From positions 8,075 to 40,074 of the forward strand of contig SCKK01000008.1 of the NCBI GenBank assembly GCA_004124475.1: 32,000 nucleotides of DNA. Direction: 5' to 3'. The notes under the pieces are model-generated. The model was not told where the DNA came from, did no database searches, and worked only from the letters and a program-made list of their open reading frames with translations. The stretch is from Fidelibacterota bacterium (GTDB lineage Bacteria > Fidelibacterota > Marinisomatia > Marinisomatales > SCKK01). The first letter of the stretch is position 1. Each line of letters begins with the position of its first letter. The translations under genes were made by a program, and so were the position numbers. This document shows, piece by piece, positions 8,773 through 17,224 of this stretch.

Positions 8773-9040
8773 TTAACCTGTGTTAAAACATGAGACGAAT
8801 TCCGAGCTGCATCCGCCACCGTTCACATCACCGGAATAGATGAACGAGTATCTGTTGCCCCCGTCATTAACAAACCTGTTCCCTTCCGCCAGTTCAAAGA
8901 ACAGGCCTACGCTGGTCGCCATGCTCCTGGACCATTCATGGCGGTAATTGGCTCTCAACTCTGCTTTGACCTCTGGCCAGAACTCATCCGGTACTTTCCC
9001 TGAAAAGTAAACAAATTGCAAGCACTATATTCTTTTTCAT
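8773..9040 (-). pseudogene. relic of a second TonB-dependent receptor (internal beta-barrel fragment fused out of frame to a signal-peptide start)
   Basis: RANYRHEWSRSMATSVGLFFELAEGNRFVNDGGNRYSFIYSGDVNGGG parallels GAGNYSHSWSDRLTTHFGLFLELAEGNRFAGAGGNRYSFTYSGDINGDG of the neighbouring 1127-aa receptor. The ATG at 9040 has a ggagagaga RBS and encodes MKKNIVLAICLLF in a different frame, then hits a stop. Confidence 0.45.
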
Positions 9041-9254
9041 GGGTAGTCTCTCTCCTTCGCAGAACAACGTATGACAACGAATGAATACCCCGGCGTGCCC
9101 GAGAGTTTAGAGTCTCAGACCACAAGTTGCAAAATATTTGGCGGGGTCCCCGAGGTTCTGCGGGTAAAGCAGGTTAGGAAATTAAGAGAACGCAGTGGGA
9201 TCAGGAGCTAATAAAACCTCAGATTAAATCTGGTTCACTCAATGTGCCCAACGA

Positions 9255-12200
9255 TTAGAAAAGATAGCGGAGGCCGACCTGAATCTGCCAGCGCGAAAAG
9301 AGACCAGGGTCATCAATATATGTTTCCGCAGGTCCTGTAAAGTTGAGTTCAGGATTGCCGTTAGCGTCATATCCATTAAATCTTAGGGGTGAAGTTGCAG
9401 CAACGCTGGCAACTTTTCTTACTCCCCAATTTGAATTAAGGAGATTGGCAACATTCAGTATGTCAATACTCAACTGAATCTTATGACTCGTCTCTCCGAG
9501 TGATAACGCATAATCCTGGAGGATACGCAAATCAATGTTACTGTACCAGGGATTCACGGCGCCAAATCGTTCAGCGATCTCACCGCGATGCTCCTTCAAG
9601 TAATTGTCCTGCTCAATGAAAGCATCTAATGCTGTCCACTGTTCAGCTGCGGTAACTACATTTCCAGCTGAATTAGTAAAATCGACTAAATTGATTTCAC
9701 TTTGGTCGTTCGGAATGTAGATGAGGTCGTTGTTTGAAGGAGAACCGTCGCCGTTAATATCACCCGAATATGTAAATGAATAGCGATTCCCACCGGCTCC
9801 TGCAAATCTATTTCCTTCAGCTAATTCAAGGAACAAACCGAAGTGCGTTGTCAGTCTGTCCGACCAGCTATGACTGTAATTTCCAGCGCCTACGATTCGG
9901 TGCCGATGACCGAATTCGGAAAAGCTGAGTTCCGGCTTATTCGGATTGCCTTGAACCGGAGTCTGTTGCCACAATTCGAATGCGATTTCAGTCGATTTCA
10001 AATTACTTTTTGCCTCCGAGAAAGTATAAGATAGGCTGGTGTTAAGTCCGAAATCGAAATTCTTCCGCAGCTGCACCGTGAAGTTGAAATTGTACCCCTC
10101 GCTTGTGTTATCTATGATGTAAGCACCACTATAGGCATCGCCACTCCAAAGAGTATCTCCTCCGTCCAAAACCACAAAGGGATTCAGTATACCGCCTCCG
10201 TAAATGGGTCTGCCGTCAGGATCTGGAAGGTTTCCAACCGGAGCTGCCAAGTCGCCGTTTCTTAAATAAATCGCATTCAAATCTTTACCGTATAGAAATT
10301 CAAACGTTCCTAGAATATCCCAAGGTAGCTTCGTATCGACCGCAAAGTCTGTGGTCCAGACCTGTGGCCATTTAAAATCATCAACCATTGCATTCAGGAA
10401 GAAGCTCTGTTTCAAAACCGACCTGCCCTCATAGAGACGGCCCGAGCCGTCGTCAGTAACATGATCAGCTGGAATATCCTCTTCTGCAAGTCCTCCGTAA
10501 AACCCAAAAAGATTCGGATTTGGCCCTGGATTTGAAATATTATTTCCTATCCAGACAAATGGTAAACGTCCCGTAAAGATACCTGTACCTCCCCTCACTT
10601 GGAGCGACCGGTCTGCGTTGACATCCCAGTTGAAACCGACGCGGGGTGAAAACAAGAGACTTGCATCAGGGAGTTTACTCTGATCGACGGTCTCGGAGTC
10701 ACCATTTTCGTCCAACAGAATCATAGCTCTCGAGAATGGGTTATCAACAGGTTCCGTAAAATAAATTGGGCGATCTACACGGAGTCCGTATGTTAATTTA
10801 ATTTGTTCTGACATTTGAAATTCGTCTTGCACATAAAATGCCAGCTGACCCACCTCAATATTCTCGCCTACAAACGGACCGGAACCAACTAGCGCATTCA
10901 AGTCATAAAATTTTACGGCGCTATCTGGATTTGTTCGAGTATAGAAATTATCCACGGATGAAAATGTAGTAGCGCCAATACCATCCAGAAAATCGAAAGG
11001 AAGGAATCCCCCTGTCAGTATACCTAGATCAGCCGGTGCTAAAAATACACCGTGCCGGAATAGGTTGAATGAATTGAAGAAGTTGAATCGTTCATAGTTG
11101 ACGCCAACGGTATATACGTGCCTTCCGGAGAAATAACTGAGATTATTAGTAAACTGAAAGACATCCTGGTCTAATATGTTGTGTATCGAGAACGGTTCAT
11201 GACCCACCGTAGTATAAGTAATCCCATCTTCTCCAATCTCTATCGTTGGAAAATCCACGCTTACAGGTTTACGAAAATCGCGGAATTTATTATAGCTGAA
11301 AAAGAAGCGATTAGCAATTTTACTGCCGAACACACTGTTTAATTCCAGGGCATATGAATCTAGTTCGTTGTTGATTGTATATCCTGAATTCTGGAATGGC
11401 AAAGTGTTCTCGTTCGGTCCACGACCGGTACCTAAAAAACTGGCGGCAAATGGGTGCGGTGGCAGGTCACGAAATGCATCCAGCCTATTATATCTTAGAG
11501 TCAGGTTGTGATTATCATTGACGTTCCAATCTATCTTAAAGATTATCTTGTCGTTATCCGTACTGTGGAAATAATTTTCATATTCTCCCGTATCATAATT
11601 ATAGACGTCCTTCATGACCTTTCTAATTTCATCCATAGTTGCAGCACTGACGCGTGATTCACCAAATTCCACATTGCCATCTTGATCAGCCACAAAATTA
11701 CTGGCGGGATCCTCTCTTCTTTCTCTTTCAGCATTGAAGAAGAAAAATAGCTTATTTTGAATTATCGGCCCGCTGATAGTAAAACCTGTCTGATTGAACG
11801 ACAGGTTCGGTTTTGCAATTACTTCCTCTCCACTGACTTTATTACCGACAAAGCTTTCGTTCCTTGTATAACTATAAACCGATCCGTGAAATCGATTTGT
11901 GCCGCTCTTAGTTACCGTATTGATACCAGCACCGGTGAATCCGCCTTCACGTACGTCAAAGGGAGCAACAGAAACCTGCACTTGCTCAATGGCATCAATA
12001 GATACCGGTTCTGCGTTTGCCTGTCCACCTGGCGCGGGATCGTCTAACCCAAACGGATTGTTGAAATAGGAACCGTCGAGGGATATATTGTTATACAGCC
12101 AGTTCCTTCCACCAAAACTGAAATTGCCATCACTCCGAGGATCGAGCCGGGTGAGGTCTCGGACGCTCCTTTTGATCGATGGCATCAGCGCGACTTGCTC

Positions 12201-12638
12201 GGGCTTCACGTAAGTCGCGGCGCCCGTTCTGCCACTGTTTAAGACCTCATCCTGTTCCGCCACCACCTCGATCATTTCCATCTCAATAGCTTCTTGGACT
12301 AGTGTAAAATTGATCTTCACTCTTTGTCCTAACCGAAGTTGGATATTTTCTTCTTTCTGGGATTGGTAACCGATAAATGAGGCTGTCACTGAGTATGGGC
12401 CTCCGACTCTCATATTCAGAATATCAAAATAACCACCTTCTCTTACGGTCGTACCGTAACTGATGCCACTGGGTTCGTGCACAGCTATTACATTGGTACC
12501 GATTAGGGGCTCTCCATTTTCATCCGTTACTAGGCCGCCAATACTAGCCGTGGTCAACCCCTGTCCATATCCTGTCTGAACACCAAACAGGATTAATACA
12601 AGAGGAATTATGATTGCATTAACTTTTTGGATTTTCAC
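9255..12638 (-). CDS. TonB-dependent outer-membrane receptor with N-terminal carboxypeptidase-regulatory-like domain
   Basis: 1127 aa with a signal peptide. It has a CarboxypepD_reg-like beta-sandwich (GLVTDENGEPLIGTNV...YSVTASFIGYQ), a plug region, a long beta-barrel and a C-terminal aromatic residue (...GLRYLF). GTG start with a GGAGGG RBS. Confidence 0.85.
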   Translation of the reverse strand: MKIQKVNAIIIPLVLILFGVQTGYGQGLTTASIGGLVTDENGEPLIGTNVIAVHEPSGISYGTTVREGGYFDILNMRVGGPYSVTASFIGYQSQKEENIQLRLGQRVKINFTLVQEAIEMEMIEVVAEQDEVLNSGRTGAATYVKPEQVALMPSIKRSVRDLTRLDPRSDGNFSFGGRNWLYNNISLDGSYFNNPFGLDDPAPGGQANAEPVSIDAIEQVQVSVAPFDVREGGFTGAGINTVTKSGTNRFHGSVYSYTRNESFVGNKVSGEEVIAKPNLSFNQTGFTISGPIIQNKLFFFFNAERERREDPASNFVADQDGNVEFGESRVSAATMDEIRKVMKDVYNYDTGEYENYFHSTDNDKIIFKIDWNVNDNHNLTLRYNRLDAFRDLPPHPFAASFLGTGRGPNENTLPFQNSGYTINNELDSYALELNSVFGSKIANRFFFSYNKFRDFRKPVSVDFPTIEIGEDGITYTTVGHEPFSIHNILDQDVFQFTNNLSYFSGRHVYTVGVNYERFNFFNSFNLFRHGVFLAPADLGILTGGFLPFDFLDGIGATTFSSVDNFYTRTNPDSAVKFYDLNALVGSGPFVGENIEVGQLAFYVQDEFQMSEQIKLTYGLRVDRPIYFTEPVDNPFSRAMILLDENGDSETVDQSKLPDASLLFSPRVGFNWDVNADRSLQVRGGTGIFTGRLPFVWIGNNISNPGPNPNLFGFYGGLAEEDIPADHVTDDGSGRLYEGRSVLKQSFFLNAMVDDFKWPQVWTTDFAVDTKLPWDILGTFEFLYGKDLNAIYLRNGDLAAPVGNLPDPDGRPIYGGGILNPFVVLDGGDTLWSGDAYSGAYIIDNTSEGYNFNFTVQLRKNFDFGLNTSLSYTFSEAKSNLKSTEIAFELWQQTPVQGNPNKPELSFSEFGHRHRIVGAGNYSHSWSDRLTTHFGLFLELAEGNRFAGAGGNRYSFTYSGDINGDGSPSNNDLIYIPNDQSEINLVDFTNSAGNVVTAAEQWTALDAFIEQDNYLKEHRGEIAERFGAVNPWYSNIDLRILQDYALSLGETSHKIQLSIDILNVANLLNSNWGVRKVASVAATSPLRFNGYDANGNPELNFTGPAETYIDDPGLFSRWQIQVGLRYLF

Positions 12639-12903
12639 TTTTTTCTTCCCTCCTTTTAAAAGGTGTTATAAAGTCGGAATTCTAATTTCCCATATTGAAA
12701 AACTAGGAGGTAGTATAGATTAAGAAATTAAATTTCCCAACAGAAAATTTGATTGTGTATAACATTTTTAAGGCGACCAAATTTCGATTAAACTAAATCA
12801 TGGATAAATAGGTTTGGACAGTGGTTAAACTTTGCACCTATTAGCTCATGTTTTTTTCTAAACGTTGCCGTAAATTTCTAACCAAATTTCAGGAGGTGAT
12901 CCA

Positions 12904-13341
12904 ATGAAAAAGGTTCTATTAAGTGTTTTAATAACGATGGGCGTGATTGGGGCGGTTACAACCCAAGATATAGATCAAAAGGAGGAATTATCCCCATATA
13001 AAAACATATCGGTAGAGGAATTAAAATCACGGTTGGATAATAAAGAGGATTTGGTCTTATTGGATGTGCGCACACCAGGGGAGTTCGATGGTCCCCTCGG
13101 TCATTTGGAAGGAGCGATACTAATTCCTGTACAAGAGCTTGAATTCCGGATTGATGAATTGGAGGACTATCAAGAGCGAGATATAATCGTATACTGCCGA
13201 AGTGGTAACCGGAGTAGAACAGCTACTGAGTTGTTATCAGCCTACGGTTTCCAAGTGACGAACCTTGAAGGAGGTATGAAGGCGTGGAATACGATGGAAA
13301 AGCTTCCTCAAGAAAAAGAAGGTGAGAAAGTTAATCCCTGA
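12904..13341 (+). CDS. secreted rhodanese-domain sulfurtransferase
   Basis: Signal peptide, LLDVRTPGEF, and the active-site loop YCRSGNRS. The RBS AGGAGGTGATCC is perfectly complementary to the anti-SD. Confidence 0.85.
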   Translation: MKKVLLSVLITMGVIGAVTTQDIDQKEELSPYKNISVEELKSRLDNKEDLVLLDVRTPGEFDGPLGHLEGAILIPVQELEFRIDELEDYQERDIIVYCRSGNRSRTATELLSAYGFQVTNLEGGMKAWNTMEKLPQEKEGEKVNP

Positions 13342-13367
13342 TTGAGAAATAATAGGGTATTCTAGTA

Positions 13368-13423
13368 TTCAAGTGTTTGGGTGTTTATGTGTTCAAGTGT
13401 TTGAGTGTTCGGGTGTTTATGTG
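13368..13423 (+). repeat. tandem repeat with 8-nt GTGTT periodicity (24-nt unit followed by a 32-nt variant)
   Basis: ttcaagtgtttgggtgtttatgtg (13368-13391) is followed by ttcaagtgtttgagtgttcgggtgtttatgtg (13392-13423). This reads as nGTGTTnn about 6.5 times, 27 nt after the rhodanese stop. Confidence 0.75.
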
Positions 13424-13493
13424 AGATGGTTGTTACTGGAATTCCCCGAACCATAAACTAAAAAGAAGTAGATTTAGGAAAGGAAAGTGTCTT

Positions 13494-13712
13494 ATGCCCA
13501 TGTATGATTACTGCTGCAAGCAATGCGGAGATAAATTTGAAGAACTTATCTTTAGTCGGGATAAAGATAAGGAGATAATTTGTCCCAACTGTTCGAGTAA
13601 AGATGCAGAGCGCCTAATGAGTGCACCCGTATCTATTGGGACATCATCCCGAAGCTTCGGGACTTCTCCGGAAAAGTGCTGTCGAGTACAACGGGGAAGC
13701 AGCTTTTTGTGA
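13494..13712 (+). CDS. FmdB-family zinc-ribbon protein
   Basis: MPMYDYCCKQCGDKFE...ICPNCSS is the classic FmdB CxxC...CxxC N-terminus. The C-terminal tail overlaps a copy of the catcccgaagcttcgggac repeat, so the true stop and tail are uncertain. Confidence 0.7.
   Translation: MPMYDYCCKQCGDKFEELIFSRDKDKEIICPNCSSKDAERLMSAPVSIGTSSRSFGTSPEKCCRVQRGSSFL
13645..13663. repeat. copy of the 19-mer catcc[t/c]gaag[t/c]ttcggga[c/t], with a perfect 14-nt palindrome core cccgaagcttcggg
   Basis: Direct match to the elements at 4091-4135 and 22945-22963. It lies inside the 3' end of the FmdB ORF. Confidence 0.7.
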
Positions 13713-13790
13713 GCATGATAACCGACATCGGTCGATGCCTCTTGTTTAAGTTGTCGCTATCTTCTTAAGAGCTTTTCTGAATCCCAACGT

Positions 13791-13940
13791 TTGGACATCC
13801 ACAGCATCTGGTTACTCATTCTCATAATAGGGGTGCTGGGACTTCCCCTCTGGACAAAGCAAATCTATCCAGCGCTGCTTTTTGGTGTCTGGCTGGGATG
13901 GTGGATTCTTGAGCATTGGTATCCCGTTATGGTAGTGTGA
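13791..13940 (+). CDS. possible 49-aa two-helix membrane peptide
   Basis: Found by hand; it is below the ORF-track length cutoff. The TTG at 13791 opens LDIHSIWLLILIIGVLGLPLWTKQIYPALLFGVWLGWWILEHWYPVMVV and the stop is at 13938-13940. It is strongly hydrophobic, but the start is weak and there is no clear RBS. Confidence 0.2.
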   Translation: MDIHSIWLLILIIGVLGLPLWTKQIYPALLFGVWLGWWILEHWYPVMVV

Positions 13941-14063
13941 TCTACAATAATGTCGCTTGTGGTGCTCTGAAATGGAGAGAAAACAGGGTTCTTTTATCTT
14001 TTATTCGATAAATTTGTTTAGATTTCCTGTTTTCTTTCAGGTTCAATCTCTTTAATTTCACTA

Positions 14064-14249
14064 GTGAAACGGAGGGAGCTTATCCGATGGCTAAGGAAAA
14101 ATGGCGCCGTTATGATTCGAGAGGGAAGAAGACATTCTTTCTGGAGAAAGGGACATCTACATACTCAGATCCCTAGGCACACAGAAATTGTTAATATGTT
14201 GGCACGAAAGATTTGCAAAGACTTGGAAATTCCATTCAAGGGGGAATAA
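14064..14249 (+). CDS. hicA: type II toxin HicA (mRNA interferase)
   Basis: 61 aa. The pattern LIRWLRKNGAVMIREGRRHSFWRKG...TQIPRHTEIVNMLARKICKDLEIP matches the HicA/YcfA pattern, including the catalytic-region His. GTG start. Confidence 0.8.
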   Translation: MKRRELIRWLRKNGAVMIREGRRHSFWRKGHLHTQIPRHTEIVNMLARKICKDLEIPFKGE

Positions 14250-14252
14250 AGT

Positions 14253-14444
14253 ATGAAATATAGAGCTGTTACAAAAAAAGAAGGTGATTGGTGGATCGGT
14301 TGGTTGGTAGATTTACCAGGGGTAAACGCCCAGGAGAGAACATACGAAGAATTGGTTCAATCACTCAAGATTGGTGCAGAGGATATGTTATCCCTTAAAG
14401 TTGATCTGCCGGAAGATGCACGGCTGGAAACCATTGAAGTATAA
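14253..14444 (+). CDS. hicB: type II antitoxin HicB family (UPF0150)
   Basis: 63 aa starting 3 nt after the hicA stop. YRAVTKKEGDWWIGWLVDLPGVNAQERTYEELVQSLKIGAED is the typical HicB N-terminal RNase-H-like fold pattern. Confidence 0.75.
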   Translation: MKYRAVTKKEGDWWIGWLVDLPGVNAQERTYEELVQSLKIGAEDMLSLKVDLPEDARLETIEV

Positions 14445-14481
14445 TCGTAACTATTCAGGCGAAGGCAAAGAGTGTTGGACT

Positions 14482-14863
14482 ATCCGCCAGCTGGCGGACA
14501 AAAATGCCCGTATGGCAACAATCCTTCGAATTATTGGTAAGGATTTATCCGAAGGATCCTTTGGAGAGCCTAAGAATAAAACACGCTTTTATCCACAGGA
14601 TGCTACGCATAAGATTTCACGCGGCAGTGCATATGAGATAATCAGTCATCCGTTAGCCAACGGACAGTGTTGCACTGTCATACATTAACGAAAAAACAAA
14701 GAGTATTTTGGTTGATTCTGTCCTAAGGATCTCCACAGGAGGCTGTTCCCTTTGGACAAGAAATATCATTCCTGCCTACCGCAGGCAGGGAGGAGCTATC
14801 CACAGGATCCATTGGAAATGATCTTATTCATTCGTTTTCCCAAAGTGTCTCCTTGTGAAGGAG
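14482..14863. repeat. field of at least 10 short hairpin (REP-like) elements, most with a conserved stem base ATCC...GGA(C/T)
   Basis: The hairpins are: atccgccagctggcggac 14482-14499; atcctt-12-aaggat 14521-14544; tccgaaggatcctttgga 14548-14565; atccacaggat 14591-14601 and 14798-14808; atccgttagccaacggac 14648-14665; gacagtgttgcactgtc 14663-14679; tgtcctaagg/cctttggaca 14719-14758 enclosing ctccacaggag; cctgcctaccgcaggcagg 14771-14789; ctccttgtgaaggag 14849-14863. Confidence 0.75.
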
Positions 14864-15012
14864 TCTTAGCCTTAGCCTTTTTCTGGCAAATAGGCTGAAC
14901 AGTTACAAATAATGTTTTGTATCGTGATCAGGAATGATTTTTTTATTAATTGAATTCAATTTTATCTCTATTTGTTACAAAATCCGTTAAAATTCGGATT
15001 TCACATTTTCTC

Positions 15013-15041
15013 TTGACATTTTCAATAGGTCACTTTACAAT
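15013..15041 (+). promoter_or_regulatory. sigma70-type promoter of the 7-gene operon
   Basis: TTGACA (15013-18), a 17-nt spacer, then TACAAT (15036-41), ending 51 nt upstream of the ATG at 15093. GAGGT RBS at 15084-15088. Confidence 0.55.
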
Positions 15042-15092
15042 TGGGTGACGTAAAGGGGCGTCAAATCGTTAATAATTAAATCCGAGGTAATT

Positions 15093-16196
15093 ATGAGGCG
15101 ATCCGCCAAATTTATAGTTTTTATAGTCTTTTTAATCTTTGCTGTTTCCTTGCAGGCAAAGAAGTACACCATAAGTGGTGTTGTTCTTAATTCAGAGGAG
15201 AAAAAAGTTCCTTCTGCTGAAGTGATCCTTATCGATTCTGATGGGAACGAGGTAGCTAAAGATGCCACAGGTAAAAGGTTAACGGGAAAAGGAAAGTTTA
15301 AATTTAAGAAAATCTCTTCCGGTAATTATACTCTTGAAGTATTTAAGGAAGACGTTGGTACATACTCAGAGGCAGTAACGGTTCCAGATGATGATGTGAA
15401 AATTACCGTCACATTATCAAAGAAAAAGAGAAGAGAATTGGTGGAAGAACCTGTTGAAAGAATCCCTGATGATGAGTATGTGACGACCGAACTGAGTTTT
15501 GAGATCAAGAAACTGACTGCGGAGATCGGCTACCTGGGAAGCCAGCTCAGAGATCTGCAGGCAAAGAGTGAAATGTGGACAAATCCCCTGTCCATCTACA
15601 GTAAAGAGATTATTCTGGACAATGGAACCACTATTTTTGGCAAGGTTGTCTACCAGGATGAGGAGATGCTTAAAGTAGAAACGCTTCTTGGCTACCTGGT
15701 GTTAAATCGGGAGCAGATTGTGCGGATTATTGATAATGTAATGACAGCGGAAGAACCTGAATACATTCCGGAACAGATTCGAGAAACCTATAGCCCACCC
15801 CCCATGCCCAAGCTTGCAAAACCTCGCTATACATCGGCAGCTCCCACAGAGCGACTACCGGACGTCAGTCGTTCGGCAAATATAGTTCTTGTTGGCAATG
15901 TATCTGAGACAAAGGATAGATCAAACAATATAACTTTCTCAGGAGAAGTGAAGAACATTGGTGGTCGTAGATCAGATTTTGTGAAAATGAATTTTGTTTT
16001 TCGAAAGAATTGGAGTGGTGAGACAAAAACTATTACAACATTTATCCGTGGCGCTTACCATACATTCGACACGGGCATTACTACCGATTCTTCTTTATTA
16101 CCGGGAGCGACAGGCACCTTTGAAATGGTTATCCCAGCCGATTTCGGCACATTTATCGGCTATTCATATACCATCGATTGGGAAGAATACGAGTGA
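15093..16196 (+). CDS. secreted CarboxypepD_reg-like domain protein with coiled coil and C-terminal beta-sandwich
   Basis: Signal peptide (FIVFIVFLIFAVSLQA). There is a carboxypeptidase-regulatory-like beta-sandwich (YTISGVVLNSEEKKVPSAEVILIDSDGNEV...GNYTLEVF), a short coiled coil, an SH3-like beta segment, a Pro-rich linker and a C-terminal beta domain. Confidence 0.6.
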   Translation: MRRSAKFIVFIVFLIFAVSLQAKKYTISGVVLNSEEKKVPSAEVILIDSDGNEVAKDATGKRLTGKGKFKFKKISSGNYTLEVFKEDVGTYSEAVTVPDDDVKITVTLSKKKRRELVEEPVERIPDDEYVTTELSFEIKKLTAEIGYLGSQLRDLQAKSEMWTNPLSIYSKEIILDNGTTIFGKVVYQDEEMLKVETLLGYLVLNREQIVRIIDNVMTAEEPEYIPEQIRETYSPPPMPKLAKPRYTSAAPTERLPDVSRSANIVLVGNVSETKDRSNNITFSGEVKNIGGRRSDFVKMNFVFRKNWSGETKTITTFIRGAYHTFDTGITTDSSLLPGATGTFEMVIPADFGTFIGYSYTIDWEEYE

Positions 16197-17224
16197 AGAT
16201 TGGAACCGTAAAACAGAAACCGGTTTTTAGTTTACTCATACCGATTTTGTTTTTTTCAAACCTGCCAGCTCAGGAGTCTTTCACCGAAGACGCCTTTTTT
16301 CTTGACCTGGGTATCGTCATCGAGCTGGGCACAGGAAAAGAAGAAATCAATCGCCTCATAAAAGCGCCTTCAGAGCAGGTGAAGTTCTTTCTCGATAAAG
16401 AGCCCAGTGGCTCTGTGTTTATGGCTTCAACAAAGGAGCTTCAACTGACACTTGAACGGATCACAAAAAGAATGGAAAGCCTTGAGAGTTCTATATATTC
16501 TTTAGAGGGATTCTTTGAGAAAGAAGTGAACACACTAAAAAGCGAGAACAGCCACCTTAGAGAAATGATATCTGATTTACTGGCGCAAGAACCAGTGGTA
16601 CCACCGGCATTGGAGAAGTTGGTTGTCAGAATAGAAGAGGTGGTTTCAGATGTGGAACAGTTAAAAAATATATCCTCTGGTGAAACTAATATGTTGTTTG
16701 TCACTGGAATTGCACCTATTGAAAAACCGAAAGTTATTGAAACAGAAATGAGTAGTGAATACGTGAATAGACAATCATCTGGTATTAAGGATAAAACAGA
16801 AGATCTGGTAGAATCAGACCAGAACACTCGGGAAGAACAGAAAAGTTTTAGTAAGTTAACTTATATGGCGGCTGTATTCGCTTATCAGCGGGATGATTAT
16901 CAAAGTGCTTTAAGACAGTTTCGAAATTTATCGCTGATGGATACGGAAGACCTCACTGCAGGAAATGTACTTTACTGGATGGCGGATTGTTATTTTCAGC
17001 TTGGAGAATATGATGAAGCTCTGAGTACACTGGAGAGAATAAAGGAATTTTCAAAGTCCGACAGGCTTGATGATGCTTTGGTTTTGAGCGGCCTGTCATA
17101 TCGCCGTATGGGTAAAGAATCGCGAGCGGTCTCTGCATTTAGTGATGTGGTGAATAACTATCCGGAAAGTGAATATTACAGATTGGCTCAGATGGAGCTA
17201 AAAAAATCAGAGAAGCGACCATGA
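16193..17224 (+). CDS. CpoB/YbgF-like periplasmic protein (signal peptide, coiled coil, C-terminal TPR)
   Basis: The GTG at 16193 overlaps the upstream stop (GTGA). The coiled coil is LQLTLERITKRMESLESSIYSLEG...LKSENSHLREMI. The C-terminal TPR block closely follows the Tol-Pal YbgF pattern (YMAAVFAYQRDDYQSALRQF...NVLYWMADCYFQLGEYDEAL...DDALVLSGLSY...VVNNYPESEYYRLAQ). Confidence 0.65.
   Translation: MKIGTVKQKPVFSLLIPILFFSNLPAQESFTEDAFFLDLGIVIELGTGKEEINRLIKAPSEQVKFFLDKEPSGSVFMASTKELQLTLERITKRMESLESSIYSLEGFFEKEVNTLKSENSHLREMISDLLAQEPVVPPALEKLVVRIEEVVSDVEQLKNISSGETNMLFVTGIAPIEKPKVIETEMSSEYVNRQSSGIKDKTEDLVESDQNTREEQKSFSKLTYMAAVFAYQRDDYQSALRQFRNLSLMDTEDLTAGNVLYWMADCYFQLGEYDEALSTLERIKEFSKSDRLDDALVLSGLSYRRMGKESRAVSAFSDVVNNYPESEYYRLAQMELKKSEKRP

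Noticed and set aside
12639-12903. Possible riboswitch (for example cobalamin) in the leader of the TonB-dependent receptor.
   Set aside because: The 265-bp divergent region is AT-rich, with no conserved riboswitch core such as a B12 box in a GC-rich multi-stem context.
14371-14688. 105-aa ORF downstream of and overlapping hicB.
   Set aside because: It overlaps hicB out of frame, and its sequence is a chain of palindromic repeat elements with no RBS. It is most likely non-coding.
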